Shown here one piece after another: positions 61,501-64,000 of a DNA stretch of 64,000 nt. This stretch comes from Zygnema circumcarinatum SAG 698-1b (taxonomy: Eukaryota; Plantae; Zygnematophyceae), in contig CM074805.1 of the NCBI GenBank assembly GCA_037447605.1, forward strand, positions 2,823,361 to 2,887,360. The letters are read 5' to 3'. A model generated the notes under the pieces. It was given only the letters and a program-made list of their open reading frames with translations, made no database searches and was not told where the DNA came from. Position 1 is the stretch's first letter; each line of letters opens with the position of its first letter. Both the position numbers and the translations under genes were made by a program.

Positions 61501-63898
61501 CGCCACACTGGCAATGCCGAGTGCAGCTTTCGAGCTTGTCAGATGCATGCTGATGACGCTGCAATGGAAGAGACGAGAGTGCTTCAGATTTCCTTACAAC
61601 ATGAAAGATGCTGGAATCTAAAAGTAAGTTCGAACCTTCCTCCGACGACCGGTAATGCCATGAATTATGTCAACAGACGAAAGTTACAAGCCTATGAATT
61701 TCGTGTAAGATTCACAATTATGATTGTCAAAACGTCCTCTTGCAACGGGAAAAACTCGTCGTCGTCTAGCGTTGAAAAATCCCAGGACGACCACATTCAT
61801 TGAACACGGAGGCTGAAGACGACAAAAAAGCAGCAGCGCATTCCCCTTTCTGAAACAGTCCAACTGTTTTTTGTTGAGCCCCCCCTGACTCACTTGAGCC
61901 TCTTATTGGCCACCGCCTCTGCCAGCCAGTCCCCCACAGCGCGCAGACACGTGCCCTCAGGCAGAAGGTCCACCTGAAGGCATCCGGGAAGGCACAGGTT
62001 ACAGAACGACTTTCAGACAGAAAATCGCAACTAAAGGTTTTACAGAAACATGGTCCTCCGAATGGCCCCCTTGAATGAGCTTCAGACAAGCAAGCATGCA
62101 AACATGTCGAACGACCACCTCCTTCTCCTATCTCCGCTTCCCTCCCTCCTCCCATTGCTCGCTCCTTCCCCTGCCTCGGCCACTCGCCACACTTCCAATT
62201 CCCCTCTCACCCATCTGCCCACCCCGCAGCCCTCCACTCCCCACTCTCCTCCTTCCCCTCCCACTCTGTCTCGCGGTCTTTCCACGCAGCAAAAGGGGCC
62301 ATTAATTAGTTGAACCGCACCTTAGTGACAACGAGGACTATTGGATTGGCTCCTATTAGGTCCCGCACACGCGTAAGGAAGCTTCCGTTGAAATCCACGA
62401 TGTCGATCTTAATGATTGAAACAAACAATCATCGGAGACAAGGAACCCAAGACACAAGGAGTAATCTCCAGGCTGTTACACAAGAGAAACTTCACTTGCC
62501 CTTACAATAGAGCCACAGTTTGCAAGTTGCCAGGTCCCATATTTCTATATGCAGAGGATAAAGTGGTTTACGTGCCGTCGATTGAACTATTCATCAAAAT
62601 GAGCAGGCAAGTGTCTCAAAGTTGTGTTTTTATCCAGAGAGTTCAAACAAGGCAGCATTTTCAATTCCTTAGACTACCAACAACACCCGATAGCAAGCAT
62701 CCGTAGCCTCATTTACGTGCTATATGGTCATAGCACACGCAGTATATCTCTGAACACATTATCCCTGTAAAATCAGGATACGATCTCCCAGTGGCATACT
62801 CAGAAGCACATTTGCAACGTTTTATGTTTCTGTGCCCGTTCGGTATGTTGCACTGAAGCTATGAGGTCTCTAACACAAAAATTGCCCAGTATAACTTCCA
62901 TCGTCTGTCCTAATTCTCTTCCTTCATACAACTGTCCTGCAACCTACTGCAGACAAGATGATCACTGAAAATAATTGAGGGCGAGCTGCGCACGAGAGTG
63001 AGATAGCCGAACTCACCAGTTTCACAACCAGCGCCTTCTGGTGGCGTAAGAACGCGAGCTGTTCCCTCAGCTCCTCGGCAGACACAAACCCTCGACCCTT
63101 TCCATACCCGCCATTTCCCCCCACAGCCGGTACCATGGCTCCCTGTGCCAGCTGGCGGCAGCGCCCACAGAGCAGCGTTTTCAACTGCCGATGCGCCTTT
63201 TTCTGCACGCACCTACAGGTGCCGATAAATCAAAAAGGCAACATGCTTCTCAATTTGGTGTATCTGTTAATGAACTTGTGCTATACACCACCTAAGAAAC
63301 CCACACGAGGTGCTCCTCCCCAGCTAAAGGAAGTTCCAAATGTGATGGAAATACTTCAAACACACAATAGATGCTAACCTCAACAGACTTGCCGAAACTC
63401 TTACCACTTCGTAAATGTCTGGTGCGACATAACCGGGTGATACACTATCCTCCGTCTGAAGGAGAGCACCACATCCATAGCACCCGGCACCTGTCCGCAT
63501 TACAGCCTTCAGCTTTGCGCCTTCGCGTTCTTTAACAACACCAGCATCTCTCCTTCCTTTTCTTGACTTTGCGAAGTCTGGAGAACTCCCCGCTCCCCTC
63601 ATTCCATCCACTGGAAACGCTCTGCTGTCCTGAACAGCTCTCTCCCCCCGCCTCCATGTTGCAGAAAAATTTCTGCTCTGTCCTTGGCTACTTTGGGAAT
63701 AATGTTCGGACCCGTCCTCGCTATTCCTTTGAGATAACCGTGGATATGCGTCGCGGGCAGCGTCCGCAGCAGCAGACTCTCCGGAATATTCGTGCCAGCC
63801 GTCCCTTCCAGAAGAGCGGGAGTCGTCGCCCAAGTCCTTGGAAGTAGGAAGTGCTCCGTGTGCAGTCCGCCTTACGTGAGTTGCATCATTTCTATCAC
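58564..63898 (-). CDS. NOA1: NOA1/RIF1 YqeH-type circularly permuted GTPase, 5' exon(s) outside the window
   Basis: Zinc motif CYGCGALLQT..PGYV / LCGRCRQL; GGNGGY..FVSAEELREQL..LRHQKALVVKL|IDIVDFNGSFL; G4 TK|VDLL; G1 GAANVGKSAF; G2 PGTT; G3 DTAG VHLHHR; FWGGLLRID; DVAISGLGW; stop at 58564. Includes a 21-nt exon GRDVYVM (61066-61046). Confidence 0.95.
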
Positions 63899-64000
63899 CT
63901 GCAGGAGCTTCAGCCACGCTTTTCCATAAGCAACCTGTGTGCAGCTCGCATGCACTATGACGCTCCACTCGTCTATCTTATTAAATTCCGTGGAAGGGTC

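Noticed and set aside
58564-63898. BPG2-type assignment for the cGTPase
   Set aside because: The motifs GGNGGY, VDIVDFNGSFL, HLHHR and DVAISGLGW match the NOA1/RIF1 clade as I recall it.
1-64000. tRNA, rRNA, snRNA, CRISPR arrays and autonomous transposons
   Set aside because: GGTTCGA hits (e.g. ~5032, ~13871, ~34896, ~35806) lack cloverleaf context, and I saw no repeat-spacer arrays or RT/integrase/transposase motifs. A tRNAscan/Infernal/RepeatMasker run would be needed to exclude them formally.

Overview
This is eukaryotic nuclear DNA: intron-rich, mostly GT-AG introns, roughly one gene per 6 kb, with three 10-N assembly gaps inside G/C-rich low-complexity tracts. The gene set and exon sequences point to a streptophyte plant-lineage genome, probably a charophyte-grade alga (inference, not a database result). 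Hand-spliced genes, in order: a TZP-like tandem zinc-knuckle/Plus3 gene with a 5.2-kb exon (+, 5' end uncertain); an unresolved coding-like locus at 10-11.3 kb; an L-ascorbate-oxidase-type multicopper oxidase (+); a SULTR4-type sulfate transporter (+); a small unknown spliced gene (-); a TA-flanked foldback/MITE; an ~11-kb PAN3 gene (CCCH finger, PAM2-like motifs, pseudokinase, C-terminal knob; -); head-to-head with it a WWE-PARP (SRO/RCD1-like) gene with no RST domain (+); a plant TPR protein (+); a CDPK-architecture gene (-); and NOA1/RIF1 (YqeH-type cGTPase; -, 5' end outside the window). I recognised no rRNA, tRNA or CRISPR array. Most notable: (1) the CDPK keeps four EF-hands but has lost its catalytic aspartate (HRDLKPEN -> LRNIKLEN; DFG -> DFS), so it looks like a calcium-sensing pseudokinase; (2) the SRO-like protein has an H-Y-L triad typical of mono-ADP-ribosyltransferases; (3) PAN3 is retained and carries an extra unassigned segment; (4) a 9-bp-phased GTAC (SBP/CuRE-core) array lies in the PAN3/SRO divergent promoter; (5) several introns need GC donors.
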